The notes beneath the pieces are model-generated. The model saw only the letters and a list, made by a program, of their open reading frames with translations, did not search any database and had not been told where the DNA came from. The position numbers and the translations under genes were made by a program. From Candidatus Enterousia sp. (GTDB lineage Bacteria > Pseudomonadota > Alphaproteobacteria > Rs-D84), in assembly GCA_045601765.1 (NCBI GenBank), contig JAZSAG010000006.1, positions 1 through 56,799 of the forward strand: a stretch of 56,799 nt of DNA. Direction: 5' to 3'. This document shows, in pieces, positions 8,916-18,745 of this stretch (position 1 is the stretch's first letter; each line of letters starts with the position of its first letter).

Positions 8916-10538
8916 TTATTCCATAATAAGTAAATTTTGTTTTTGGGTAATTTTTTCTATTTCCCGATTGATTTCGGATATTTTTTCACGTGCACTTTCA
9001 TCACCGGCCAATAATTTATCGGTTAAATCTTTTTTTTCTAAATTCAGTTTTTTCAAATATCTTTGTATTTTTAAAGACACAATATATTTTTCAGATGATT
9101 TTTTATCAAGTTTTAAATCAGAAAAAACTGCATCAAAATTTATATTTAAACTTGCCAGAAAATCTATGTATTGTTCGGCCAATTCCGGATAAGTATTTAC
9201 AATATAAATTAATGTATTTTTTTCTACGTTATTTATATCTGGTAATTTTATTTGAACGCTTGGTTCATTGCGTTTAAATTTATGCCAAGAGTTAAAAATA
9301 CGATTACTAAATTCTTTGGTAAATTCTTTTTTCAAATCATCATCAACAATTTTTTCAATTGTTTTATTTATATATTTTTCTGCCTGAACACGTCCACCCG
9401 GTGTGGAAACGATAAATTCAGTATTTGCGGTTTGCCATAAAAAATCAACCAACGGCATCGCATCATCTATAATTTTTTTCATAGCATCCGTTCCGCCGGT
9501 TTTCAGTATTTCATCAGGATCCTTGCCACCACTAACGAATGCGAATTTAACATCAGACGTATCACGTAAGAATTGCATAACAATATCACATGCACGTACA
9601 GCGGCTTTTTTCCCGGCATTATCGCCATCAAAACAAAATATAATATTGCGATTTGATTTACATATCAAGGCGATATGATCTTCGGTCAGTGCCGTCCCCA
9701 GTGGCGCAACAGTTTCTGGGAATCCATTTGTTTGCATTTTTATTGCATCAATTTGACCCTCTACGATAATGGTTCTGTTTGCACGATGTATTGCATCCCG
9801 TGCAAAGTTAAAACCAAATATGGTCTGTCTTTTATGAAAAACATCTGTATCAGGTGTATTTATATATTTTGGTTCACTGCCGTCTAAACTGCGTCCAGAA
9901 AATGCGACAATTTTACCCTTGGGATTAAATATAGGGAACATTAATTTATCACGAAAGAAATCATATAAATTATATTCCCCACGTCTGCATAACCCTGAAT
10001 CAATTAAATGTTTAGAAGATGAAAATTTATTTGCGATAATATTATTTTTTGGTGCATAACCGATACGATATTTTTTTATCATATCATCTGAAAATCCGCG
10101 TTTACGCACGTATTCCAATGCATGCGCACCATCTGGGGTAAATAATTTTTCACTGTAAATTTGTGCGGCCTTTTCACATATATCAAACAAAGATTCTTCA
10201 CGTTCAACAATTTTTGGATCACGTGGTTTATAATCTGGCATTTTTAAACCGGCCTGATTTGCCAATTCAGCAATAGCAGATTTAAAATCCATATTATTTA
10301 TTTTCATTGTAAAAGAAACAATATCACCATGTTCACCACATCCAAAGCAATGATAAAAACCTTTTTCTTCGTTTACGGAAAAACTGGGTGTTTTTTCATT
10401 ATGAAATGGACAACAACCCCAATAATTTTGTCCTTTTTTATTCAGTGGTATATGACGCCCAATAACATCAATCAGCGATAATCTTGCACGCAGTTCATCT
10501 GTAAAATTAGAAAAATTATATTTACCCGATGGTGCCAT
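8916..10538 (-). CDS. dnaG: DNA primase
   Basis: Zinc-ribbon CPFHNEKTPSFSVNEEKGFYHCFGCGEHGD and a TOPRIM region (VEGQIDA). The start overlaps the topA stop by 1 nt. Confidence 0.95.
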   Translation of the reverse strand: MAPSGKYNFSNFTDELRARLSLIDVIGRHIPLNKKGQNYWGCCPFHNEKTPSFSVNEEKGFYHCFGCGEHGDIVSFTMKINNMDFKSAIAELANQAGLKMPDYKPRDPKIVEREESLFDICEKAAQIYSEKLFTPDGAHALEYVRKRGFSDDMIKKYRIGYAPKNNIIANKFSSSKHLIDSGLCRRGEYNLYDFFRDKLMFPIFNPKGKIVAFSGRSLDGSEPKYINTPDTDVFHKRQTIFGFNFARDAIHRANRTIIVEGQIDAIKMQTNGFPETVAPLGTALTEDHIALICKSNRNIIFCFDGDNAGKKAAVRACDIVMQFLRDTSDVKFAFVSGGKDPDEILKTGGTDAMKKIIDDAMPLVDFLWQTANTEFIVSTPGGRVQAEKYINKTIEKIVDDDLKKEFTKEFSNRIFNSWHKFKRNEPSVQIKLPDINNVEKNTLIYIVNTYPELAEQYIDFLASLNINFDAVFSDLKLDKKSSEKYIVSLKIQRYLKKLNLEKKDLTDKLLAGDESAREKISEINREIEKITQKQNLLIME

Positions 10539-12775
10539 TATTTTTTCTTTGCTTTATTGTTAATCAGTTTTATTGCTGTTTCTAAATCAGGTTGTTGGGC
10601 CACAGAAACATTTACCCGATTAGATGAAATATACGCCCCATAACGACCAGTTGGATAAAAGAAAATCATTTTCTTTGTTTCTGGGTTTTCACCGATTTTA
10701 ATTGGTTCTGCTTTTTTATTTGCGCTATGTAATAAATCGTGTGCGATTTCCAATGTAATTGTATCTGCATTATATTGTTTCGCAGAAACATTTTTAACAC
10801 CATCTGTGATATATGGTCCAAATTTTCCAACACGAAATTCAATTCCATCACCTAAATCGACACTGCCTGATTTCTTCTCTACGCTGGATTCCGTGGGCTG
10901 TACGACCTTATCATTTTTATTAAGTTGTTTTGTATAATTGCATTTTGGATAATTTGCGCAACCAATAAATGGTCCGAACTTAGATAATTTTACACCTAAT
11001 TTTCCACCACAATCTGGGCAGATATTATCTTGGTCATCAAACAAATGTACATGCATAAAAGAATTTATTTCATCAATAATATCACTTGTTTTAACACTGC
11101 GTGCCCCATCAATCATATTAGATGTAGGATTCCAGAATTCATGCAGCGCATCAATTTTATCTGTTTTACCATTTGAAACATCGTCCAGTGTATCTTCTGT
11201 TTTTGCGGTAAAATTCACATCAACTAAATCTGTAAAATATTTAGATAAATAAGACGCGATAACCCACCCCCCAGATGTTGGATGAAAACGATGTTGTTTA
11301 TCTTGTTCGACATAATTTCTATCGACAATAGTTGACATAATTGTTGCATATGTTGATGGTCGTCCAATTCCCAGTTCTTCTAACTTTTTCACCAATGATG
11401 CCTCTGTATATCTTGGTGGTGCCTGGGTAAAGTGTTGTTCGGGGATGATTTCAGAAATATTTATAACATCCCCCATATTTAATATTGGTAATTTAGATTC
11501 TTTCTTTTCGTCTTCGTCATCTTTATCTTCGGTATAAACCTTCATAAAACCATCAAATATTCTGGTTGACCCAGTTGCATGAAATACAGAAACCTTATTT
11601 TCTGTTTCTATATCTGCACTAACCGAATCAAATTCGGCATTTGTCATTTGGCATGCAATTGTACGTTTCCAAATTAAATCGTATAATTTAGCCTCGTCTC
11701 CGGTCAGATTTTTTGCCGGCGAATCGAAATGAGTTGGTCTGATTGCTTCGTGTGCTTCCTGGGCATTCTTGGATTTGGTTGCATATATATTTGGTTTATT
11801 TGGGACAAAATTTTGACCATATTCTTTTGTGATAAACGCACGAATTTCATTAACTGCATCCGCATTCAGGTTTGTTGCGTCTGTACGCATATATGTAATA
11901 TGCCCTGATTCATATAATTTTTGCGCGGCCGACATAGTTCGTTTAGATGCAAAGAATAATTTACGTGCCGCCTCTTGCTGTAACGTAGATGTTGTAAATG
12001 GCGCCGCAGGTTTACGCATAGTTTTTTTCTTATCTATACCTATAACCGTTGCGCGAATATCAGGTTGTCCTATGGAATTCAAAATATCATCAACCTGTGT
12101 CTGGTTTTCGATTGTCATTTTTTCAATTTTTTTACCATTGAATTTAGACAACATTGCATTAAATTTGCTGTTATTTATACCACATACCGCCGTCACAGAC
12201 CAATATTCTGTTGGTTTAAAACCTTCAATTTCTTTTTCACGGTCCACCACCAATTTAACCGCCACAGATTGTACGCGCCCCGCAGACTTTCCCAGATTTC
12301 TGCGCCACAACAATGGTGAAATACTAAACCCGATTAAATAATCCAGTGCACGTCTGACCAGATACGCATCAACCAAATTTGTATCAATTTCACGTGGGTT
12401 TTCAATTGCCGCCTGGACAGATTTTTTTGTTATTTCATGAAAGGCAACACGATAAACTTTTTTATCTTTTAACAGTTTTTTACTTTTTAAAATATCCAAT
12501 AAATGCCATGCGATTGCCTCGCCCTCGCGGTCAGGGTCCGATGCCAAATACACGGCGTCTGCCTTTTTAAGTTCATCTGTAATCAGTTTAATTTGTTTTT
12601 CTTTGCCTGGCATAATTTGCCAACGCATTTTAAAATTATTTTGTGTATCAACACTGCCATTTTCCGGGACCAAATCGCGAACATGACCAACAGATGCGAT
12701 AACGCGCCATCCCGCACCCAGGTATTTTTCAATAGTTTTTGCTTTTGATGGTGATTCCACGATAAGTAAATTCAT
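10538..12775 (-). CDS. topA: DNA topoisomerase I
   Basis: MNLLIVESPSKAKTIEKYLG TOPRIM N-terminus and C-terminal Cys4 zinc ribbons (CPDCGG...CANYPKC). Start placed at the internal ATG 12775; the longer track ORF overlaps rodA. Confidence 0.95.
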   Translation of the reverse strand: MNLLIVESPSKAKTIEKYLGAGWRVIASVGHVRDLVPENGSVDTQNNFKMRWQIMPGKEKQIKLITDELKKADAVYLASDPDREGEAIAWHLLDILKSKKLLKDKKVYRVAFHEITKKSVQAAIENPREIDTNLVDAYLVRRALDYLIGFSISPLLWRRNLGKSAGRVQSVAVKLVVDREKEIEGFKPTEYWSVTAVCGINNSKFNAMLSKFNGKKIEKMTIENQTQVDDILNSIGQPDIRATVIGIDKKKTMRKPAAPFTTSTLQQEAARKLFFASKRTMSAAQKLYESGHITYMRTDATNLNADAVNEIRAFITKEYGQNFVPNKPNIYATKSKNAQEAHEAIRPTHFDSPAKNLTGDEAKLYDLIWKRTIACQMTNAEFDSVSADIETENKVSVFHATGSTRIFDGFMKVYTEDKDDEDEKKESKLPILNMGDVINISEIIPEQHFTQAPPRYTEASLVKKLEELGIGRPSTYATIMSTIVDRNYVEQDKQHRFHPTSGGWVIASYLSKYFTDLVDVNFTAKTEDTLDDVSNGKTDKIDALHEFWNPTSNMIDGARSVKTSDIIDEINSFMHVHLFDDQDNICPDCGGKLGVKLSKFGPFIGCANYPKCNYTKQLNKNDKVVQPTESSVEKKSGSVDLGDGIEFRVGKFGPYITDGVKNVSAKQYNADTITLEIAHDLLHSANKKAEPIKIGENPETKKMIFFYPTGRYGAYISSNRVNVSVAQQPDLETAIKLINNKAKKK

Positions 12776-12779
12776 AATT

Positions 12780-13925
12780 TTAACTTCCCTTGGCAGATAA
12801 TTGATGGTCTTTGTGTATATATGCATTTTGGCACAGCCCGAATCCAAACATCAGGGATAATAAACTGCTGCCACCAAAAGACATCAGTGGTAATGGAACC
12901 CCCACCGTCGGCAGTAATCCCAACACCATTGAAATATTTATAAAATAATAAATGAAAAAGTTCAACATAAAACCGAAACATACCAATTGTCCAAATCTGT
13001 TTCGGCATGTTTTTGCACACCAAAACAATACCATAATAATCCAAGTATAAATACATAATAATCCAAATGCACCCAAGAAACCAAATTCTTCACCCAGCAT
13101 TGTAAATATAAAATCAGTCTGTTTTTCCGGCAGAAAAGATTGTTGTGATTGTGACCCTTGCATATATCCTTTGCCGATAATACCACCACTGCCGAACGCG
13201 ATTTTTGCCTGATTTATTTGATATCCTGCACCCTGGATATCACTGTCTGGATTAAGGAAAGTTATAATTCTGCCACGTTGATAATCATGCAGTCCCCCAA
13301 ACCAAACAACAGGTGCGGCCATCAGTCCTAATATAGCGGCAATAATAAACCATTTTTTATTTGCGCCAACAATATAAAACATACCAACTGTAATCATCCC
13401 CAGTGATAATGCCGTCCCCAGGTCAGGTTGTGCCACAATCAGTGTAAATGGCACCAATAACATTAAACCAGGTACCAGATAGTTTTTAAATTGTCCCAGT
13501 TCCACAGAATTATACCATGCAAAATAACGTGCCAACGCCAATACCAACGCGATTTTAATTAATTCAGACGGTTGAATATGAATAAACCCCAGGTTTAACC
13601 AGCGTTGTGCCCCCATACCCGTATGCCCGACAAATGTGACTAATATAATCATAATTAATGCGATTGCATAAATCAGATAAGCAGACTTTACCCATGTTTT
13701 TATATTTGTAAATGCTGCAAAAAAGAAAACGCCAAAACTGATAATAATCTTCATCAGTTGTGACAATGCATATGGGCGCCAATGTCCACCACCTGCGGAA
13801 TATAAAACAACAATAGATATTGCCAAAACCATACACATTGGCACAAACATACCCCATGAAAAACGGTCCAGTTTTTCAGAAAAACGCATCATATTTGCAT
13901 TAGAAACACGTGTTTGTTTAATCAT
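12780..13925 (-). CDS. rodA: Peptidoglycan glycosyltransferase RodA (SEDS family)
   Basis: Polytopic FtsW/RodA/SpoVE-like protein directly downstream of PBP2 with a 4-nt overlap. Confidence 0.9.
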   Translation of the reverse strand: MIKQTRVSNANMMRFSEKLDRFSWGMFVPMCMVLAISIVVLYSAGGGHWRPYALSQLMKIIISFGVFFFAAFTNIKTWVKSAYLIYAIALIMIILVTFVGHTGMGAQRWLNLGFIHIQPSELIKIALVLALARYFAWYNSVELGQFKNYLVPGLMLLVPFTLIVAQPDLGTALSLGMITVGMFYIVGANKKWFIIAAILGLMAAPVVWFGGLHDYQRGRIITFLNPDSDIQGAGYQINQAKIAFGSGGIIGKGYMQGSQSQQSFLPEKQTDFIFTMLGEEFGFLGAFGLLCIYTWIIMVLFWCAKTCRNRFGQLVCFGFMLNFFIYYFINISMVLGLLPTVGVPLPLMSFGGSSLLSLMFGFGLCQNAYIHKDHQLSAKGS

Positions 13926-15691
13926 TGTTTTAATAATTCCCTCATAACTTTTGATGCAGTCCTTGCGGCAGGTGTACTGGACCCGACGTGTTCAGTAATA
14001 ACACATACGGCATATTTTGGATTATTTAATGGCGCATATCCAACAAACAGCCCGTGATTTCGCATGTGCCAATTTAATTCTTCGTTTGTTAAAACACCTT
14101 TTTCACGTTCTTCTTTGGAAATATTACGTACCTGTGACGTACCTGTTTTACCACCCATACGTGCACCTTTGACGTTTATTGCACTGCCTGCGGCGGTCCC
14201 CCCCGGCTTTAACACTTGTTCCAGTCCATTTAAAACAAATTTAATATTTTTCTGTTGCAGATTTAAATTATCAAATTTTACTTTTTCACCATTATCAATC
14301 AGCCTTGGGACAACAACTTTATTAGAAGACGCGCGTGCAATCATCACCGCCAATTGCAGGCAATTTGTCAGTATAAAACCCTGACCAATACCAGAAATAA
14401 CGGTATCACCATGTACCCATTTTGATCCGATATTTGCCTCTTTCCAATATCTGTCAGGAATAACGCCGCGCATTTCACGTGATAAAACATCATCCATATA
14501 TTTTTCATTCAGTCCCAATCGCAACGCCATTTGTTTTATTGCATCAATACCTATACGCAGTGCAACCTGATAAAAATAAATATCACAAGAATGTTTTAAT
14601 GCCTTTTCCAGATTGACATAACCATGCCCTTTGTGTTCCCAACAGTGATATCTGCGGTCGCCATAATCCCAATGTCCGGGGCAATAAATTTTTTCTTTTT
14701 CTGTTATTGCGCCGGCCTCTAACGCAGCCAATGCAACAACAATTTTAAATGTGGAACCCGGTGGATATAAACCTTCTATTGCCTTGTTCATAAAAGGTTT
14801 TGCAATATCATTTCTTAACAGGTTTATATATTCATCTGCATCATCTTGTCTAAAAATATTGGGGTCATAACTGGGGACAGAAACCATTGCCAGAATATCG
14901 CCAGATTCAATATCTAAGACCACCCCACAACCCGAACGATGAACAATTAACGCATCGTGTAAAATTCGTTGTATACGGTCATCTATGGTTGTTTTAATGT
15001 TTTGTCCAACGATTGATGGAACGAATTGATTTTTATCTTCACCGGTAATTCTGCCGACTGCATTTGCCAATAAAACTGTCTGTCCTGGGACACCCTTCAT
15101 TACATCATTGTATCTTTTTTCCAGTCCCGTAATACCCGTTGTCATAAAAGGTGTATTTGGTTCTGGTTTATCTGGGTCGCCGACATATCCGAAAATCTGT
15201 GCCCCCGCCGGTCCCAGTTCATAAGAACGCCCATATCCATTTTCGATATGTAGTCCTGGTATATTTTTTGCCTGTAACACGGCCAGTGTTTTCCAATCTG
15301 TATTTTCACTTACCAATACAGGTTGAAATTTTAATTGTTTTTTTATTTTGTCACGAATTTTTTTTACGCGTTTTGGTTGCAGGTTTAAATCATGTTCAAC
15401 CGTTTTAATAAGATTTTCTAAATCTTGTGCTTCTTCTGGGATAATATAAACCCTGTATATTGGTGCATCGCGTGATATAGGTTTTCCAAAACGTGATAAA
15501 ATTTGTCCACGTTCAGGCATGTTTATTTGGATACGAAATAAATTATTTTCACTTTTCTTTTTAAAATCTTTGTATTTAAAAACCTGCATATACAGCATAC
15601 GTAACACCAGTACAGATGTTAACACCGCCCCAGTTGTCAAAAACAAAGCACTGCGTCTATCAAAAGTACGAGAAACTTCGGCATCAATCAT
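13922..15691 (-). CDS. mrdA: Penicillin-binding protein 2 (elongasome transpeptidase)
   Basis: STFK (SxxK) and KTGT motifs, an N-terminal membrane anchor, and position between mreD and rodA. Confidence 0.9.
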   Translation of the reverse strand: MIDAEVSRTFDRRSALFLTTGAVLTSVLVLRMLYMQVFKYKDFKKKSENNLFRIQINMPERGQILSRFGKPISRDAPIYRVYIIPEEAQDLENLIKTVEHDLNLQPKRVKKIRDKIKKQLKFQPVLVSENTDWKTLAVLQAKNIPGLHIENGYGRSYELGPAGAQIFGYVGDPDKPEPNTPFMTTGITGLEKRYNDVMKGVPGQTVLLANAVGRITGEDKNQFVPSIVGQNIKTTIDDRIQRILHDALIVHRSGCGVVLDIESGDILAMVSVPSYDPNIFRQDDADEYINLLRNDIAKPFMNKAIEGLYPPGSTFKIVVALAALEAGAITEKEKIYCPGHWDYGDRRYHCWEHKGHGYVNLEKALKHSCDIYFYQVALRIGIDAIKQMALRLGLNEKYMDDVLSREMRGVIPDRYWKEANIGSKWVHGDTVISGIGQGFILTNCLQLAVMIARASSNKVVVPRLIDNGEKVKFDNLNLQQKNIKFVLNGLEQVLKPGGTAAGSAINVKGARMGGKTGTSQVRNISKEEREKGVLTNEELNWHMRNHGLFVGYAPLNNPKYAVCVITEHVGSSTPAARTASKVMRELLKQ

Positions 15692-16142
15692 ATTTACATA
15701 CCTTTTTGATAGAAATTACAGTTGGAATATAAATTAATGAACACCAAACAATAATCCACATACAGTATAATAAATTCATCCATGAAAAATGAATAACGGT
15801 GTGCAATAACATACAAAAACTAAAAAAAGACATAAATACTAACAAACCATCTTTCTGAGAATGTGTTACATCTATCATTTTTTGAAAACCGTTTACCGCA
15901 TAAAACAAACAGTACATCGCCAACCAAAAACAAACAGTTTGAAATTTATAATCAATAATTAAACATATTAACGCAGAAAAAATACCAAAAAACTTTACCG
16001 GTTTTATAAAAGAACAAAAAAATACAGGTATAATTGCAAGTATACCGGCCGGATTCCAAAACGGATCAGACAACCGCCACAACCCCACAGTCAATAAAAA
16101 TGGGAAAGATTTTCGCAGAAAATTTATAATACTTCTTTTCAT
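15684..16142 (-). CDS. mreD: Rod shape-determining protein MreD
   Basis: Small polytopic membrane protein located between mreC and mrdA, overlapping both neighbours. Confidence 0.75.
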   Translation of the reverse strand: MKRSIINFLRKSFPFLLTVGLWRLSDPFWNPAGILAIIPVFFCSFIKPVKFFGIFSALICLIIDYKFQTVCFWLAMYCLFYAVNGFQKMIDVTHSQKDGLLVFMSFFSFCMLLHTVIHFSWMNLLYCMWIIVWCSLIYIPTVISIKKVCKYD

Positions 16143-16963
16143 TTATATTCATTTTGTGGTGTATTAAATTTTAATACCATAACACGCGACAGTTTTGATT
16201 TTGGTACAATATCTATATCTGTTTTATCAACCAGTGTTCCAACCATTATACCCGCCGGCAAAATCCCAGATATATTACTTGTGACCAATTTTATACCATC
16301 TGTTGGTTGAAATTCTGGATCGCTTAAAAATCCTATGGTTGGTCGCGCAGACCCATTTCCTGTTATAAAACCATAAACCTCGGATCCAACAATACGCACG
16401 GCAATATTTGTATCAATATCTGTTAACGCGCGCACGCGTGAAAAATTATTTGCACTGTCTATAACCGTTCCAACCAGATGCATATCAGTACTGACCACCG
16501 CCATACCTGGTTTAATATTATCTTTTTGTCCGCGGTTTATAATAAAAGTATGATGTCCAACCGCACTGTTATCATGTAAAACATCAGCCACCACCATATC
16601 GTATGGTTGCGATTTAATTATATTCAGTTCCTGTTCTAATTTTTTATTTTCGGCGATTGCTACTTCAAAAATATCTTTATCTATGATTACTTTGTCCAAT
16701 TTTGCGCGTAATTCTTCGTTTTCCGCCCTCAGATTAGCCAGTTCAGAAATATCTTCTATAAATGCGCCGACCGCACGAAAAGGCCATGTTACAACGTCGC
16801 CCACAAACTGTGCCACAGGCAAAACGACATAAGACAAAGCATTCATTATATGATAGTCAGGTTTTGCAACCATTATATATATAAACAATACCGGCAAAAC
16901 CGCGGCCGCCGCGGCAGACCGAACAATAGATTGTATTCTGGAAGATATTTTTGCCTGATTCAT
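16139..16963 (-). CDS. mreC: Rod shape-determining protein MreC
   Basis: N-terminal anchor, coiled coil (ENEELRAKLDK), then beta-rich domains. Lies upstream of mreD. Confidence 0.85.
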   Translation of the reverse strand: MNQAKISSRIQSIVRSAAAAAVLPVLFIYIMVAKPDYHIMNALSYVVLPVAQFVGDVVTWPFRAVGAFIEDISELANLRAENEELRAKLDKVIIDKDIFEVAIAENKKLEQELNIIKSQPYDMVVADVLHDNSAVGHHTFIINRGQKDNIKPGMAVVSTDMHLVGTVIDSANNFSRVRALTDIDTNIAVRIVGSEVYGFITGNGSARPTIGFLSDPEFQPTDGIKLVTSNISGILPAGIMVGTLVDKTDIDIVPKSKLSRVMVLKFNTPQNEYK

Positions 16964-17103
16964 TCCCGACCAGTTTAACGATAAAAAGCAAGATATTCAA
17001 TAAAAACTTGATTTTTTGTTTATTTATGCCAGAATGTAGCACAGTCAAAGTGGCAAGGCATTGCCATCAGACACATAAAACTATCTAAAAAAAGGATAAT
17101 AAA

Positions 17104-17307
17104 ATGCCAAAATTAAAAACAAAGTCGTACTTGAAAAAACGTGCGTCCATGACTGCAACTGGTAAAATCCGTGTTGCACGTAACTCTCACAAGAAACTGT
17201 TGCGTAAAAAATCTGCCCGTGCAAACAAGGCAGGTGCAAAACCACAGTATTTGAACGAAAACATGGTGGGCCAGGCTAAAATCTTGGCACCATACGGTCT
17301 GAAATAA
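17104..17307 (+). CDS. rpmI: 50S ribosomal protein L35
   Basis: MPKLKTKSYLKKR... 67 aa, immediately upstream of rplT. Confidence 0.95.
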   Translation: MPKLKTKSYLKKRASMTATGKIRVARNSHKKLLRKKSARANKAGAKPQYLNENMVGQAKILAPYGLK

Positions 17308-17322
17308 TAAGGGGGTCACGTC

Positions 17323-17691
17323 ATGGCAAGAGTAAAACGCGGAACAACCGTAAAACAAAAACATAACAAGATATTGGCGCGCGCCAAAGGTTATTTGGGC
17401 CGTCATCATTCAACATATCGTGCTGCACGTGAAAAAACAGAAAAGGCAGGACAATACGCATATCGCGACAGACGCGTTAGAAAGCGTGAATTTCGTTCTT
17501 TGTGGATTGTTCGTATTAATGCCGCTGTGCGCGCAAATGGTATGACATACAGCCAATTCATGAATGGTTTAAAGAAGGCTGGTATTGCACTGGACCGCAA
17601 GGTTCTGGCCGAAATGGCATATGCAGGCGATGCAAACTTTGCCACATTGGTTGATACAGCGAAACGATTTATTTCTGCCGAATCTAAATAA
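17323..17691 (+). CDS. rplT: 50S ribosomal protein L20
   Basis: [18 protein letters not shown]... canonical L20 N-terminus. Confidence 0.97.
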   Translation: MARVKRGTTVKQKHNKILARAKGYLGRHHSTYRAAREKTEKAGQYAYRDRRVRKREFRSLWIVRINAAVRANGMTYSQFMNGLKKAGIALDRKVLAEMAYAGDANFATLVDTAKRFISAESK

Positions 17692-17726
17692 TACCTTGTC
17701 GGCAGGTATATCTTTTTGTAATAATA

Positions 17727-17757
17727 AAAGCCGTCACAAGACGGCTTTTATTTTTTT
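17727..17757 (+). terminator. Terminator between rplT and pheS (probably partial or attenuating)
   Basis: AAAGCCGTC-acaa-GACGGCTTT hairpin followed by a T-run, 26 bp before the pheS ATG. Confidence 0.65.
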
Positions 17758-17782
17758 AAATAATCGTATAAGGTAAAAAATT

Positions 17783-18730
17783 ATGCAGGAACAAATAAAA
17801 AATATAAATACTTTGGAAGAATTACAGGCGTTGTACACGGCAACGTTTGGTAAAAACGGAACAATGACCGCACGTTTAAAAGAAATGAAAAATCTGGATA
17901 ATGATGCGCGCGCGGCATTAAATCTGGAAAATACCCAACTGCGTGAATTGTTCAAAACGCGTCAGACGGAAATTGAAAATGCGGTTTTAATGGCGGGACT
18001 GAAAAAACAAAAGTTAGATGTATCATTAAATCCGATGCCTGAAAATCGTGGAACATTGCATCCATTGACCCAGTCTTTATCGGAAATAGCATTTATATTG
18101 GAATCTTTTGGGTATAAAATGTACACCGGCCCAGAAATAGAAGATGACTGGCATAATTTTACCGCATTAAATACACCAATGCATCATCCCGCCCGTGATA
18201 TGCAGGACAGTTTCTTTTTAGAAAATGGAAATGTTTTACGTACCCAGACATCTGCGATACAGATTCGCGCAATGGAACGCGATGGTGTTCCAATTAAAAT
18301 GTTTGGTGTTGGTTCAACATATCGCAAAGAATGGGATGCAACACATGGCCCTATGTTTGGTCAAATAGAAGGTTTATATATCGATAAAAATGTGACAATG
18401 TCTGATTTATTGGCAGATGTTCGTGCGTTTTTATCTAAATTCTTTGGTATTGAAAATGTTGAATTACGTATCAGACCATCATTCTTTCCATTTACAGACC
18501 CCAGTATTGAAATTGATATGAAGTGGCGTAATGATAAATGGCTGGAATTGATGGGTGCGGGTATGGTTCATCCAAATGTTTTGCGTAATTGCGGAATAAA
18601 CCCAGATGAATACCAGGGCTTTGCATTTGGCTTTGGTTGGGACCGTCTGGCAATGTTAAAGTATAATTTGCCAGATTTACGTGATCTTTATAATAACGAT
18701 GTTCGTTGGTTAAAATCAGCAGGATTCTAA
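17783..18730 (+). CDS. pheS: Phenylalanine--tRNA ligase alpha subunit
   Basis: Class II core motifs (...HPARDMQDSFF..., ...FRKEWDATHGPMFGQIEGL...), followed by pheT. Confidence 0.95.
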   Translation: MQEQIKNINTLEELQALYTATFGKNGTMTARLKEMKNLDNDARAALNLENTQLRELFKTRQTEIENAVLMAGLKKQKLDVSLNPMPENRGTLHPLTQSLSEIAFILESFGYKMYTGPEIEDDWHNFTALNTPMHHPARDMQDSFFLENGNVLRTQTSAIQIRAMERDGVPIKMFGVGSTYRKEWDATHGPMFGQIEGLYIDKNVTMSDLLADVRAFLSKFFGIENVELRIRPSFFPFTDPSIEIDMKWRNDKWLELMGAGMVHPNVLRNCGINPDEYQGFAFGFGWDRLAMLKYNLPDLRDLYNNDVRWLKSAGF

Positions 18731-18745
18731 GACAGGGGAATAATT

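Noticed and set aside
12776-12847. Upstream extension of topA (the track start at 12847). There are similar N-terminal extensions of the MYG1-like gene (1492), the OMP gene (2513), the membrane protein (21012), hsdM (45930) and the Cys-rich ORFs (36051, 36499).
   Set aside because: The extensions overlap upstream genes or terminators and lack an RBS. Internal ATGs with an RBS coincide with the start of family homology or of signal peptides.
17692-17782. A pheM-like Phe-rich leader peptide between rplT and pheS.
   Set aside because: No ATG and no run of Phe codons occur in any frame. Only two hairpins are present, one of them a terminator.
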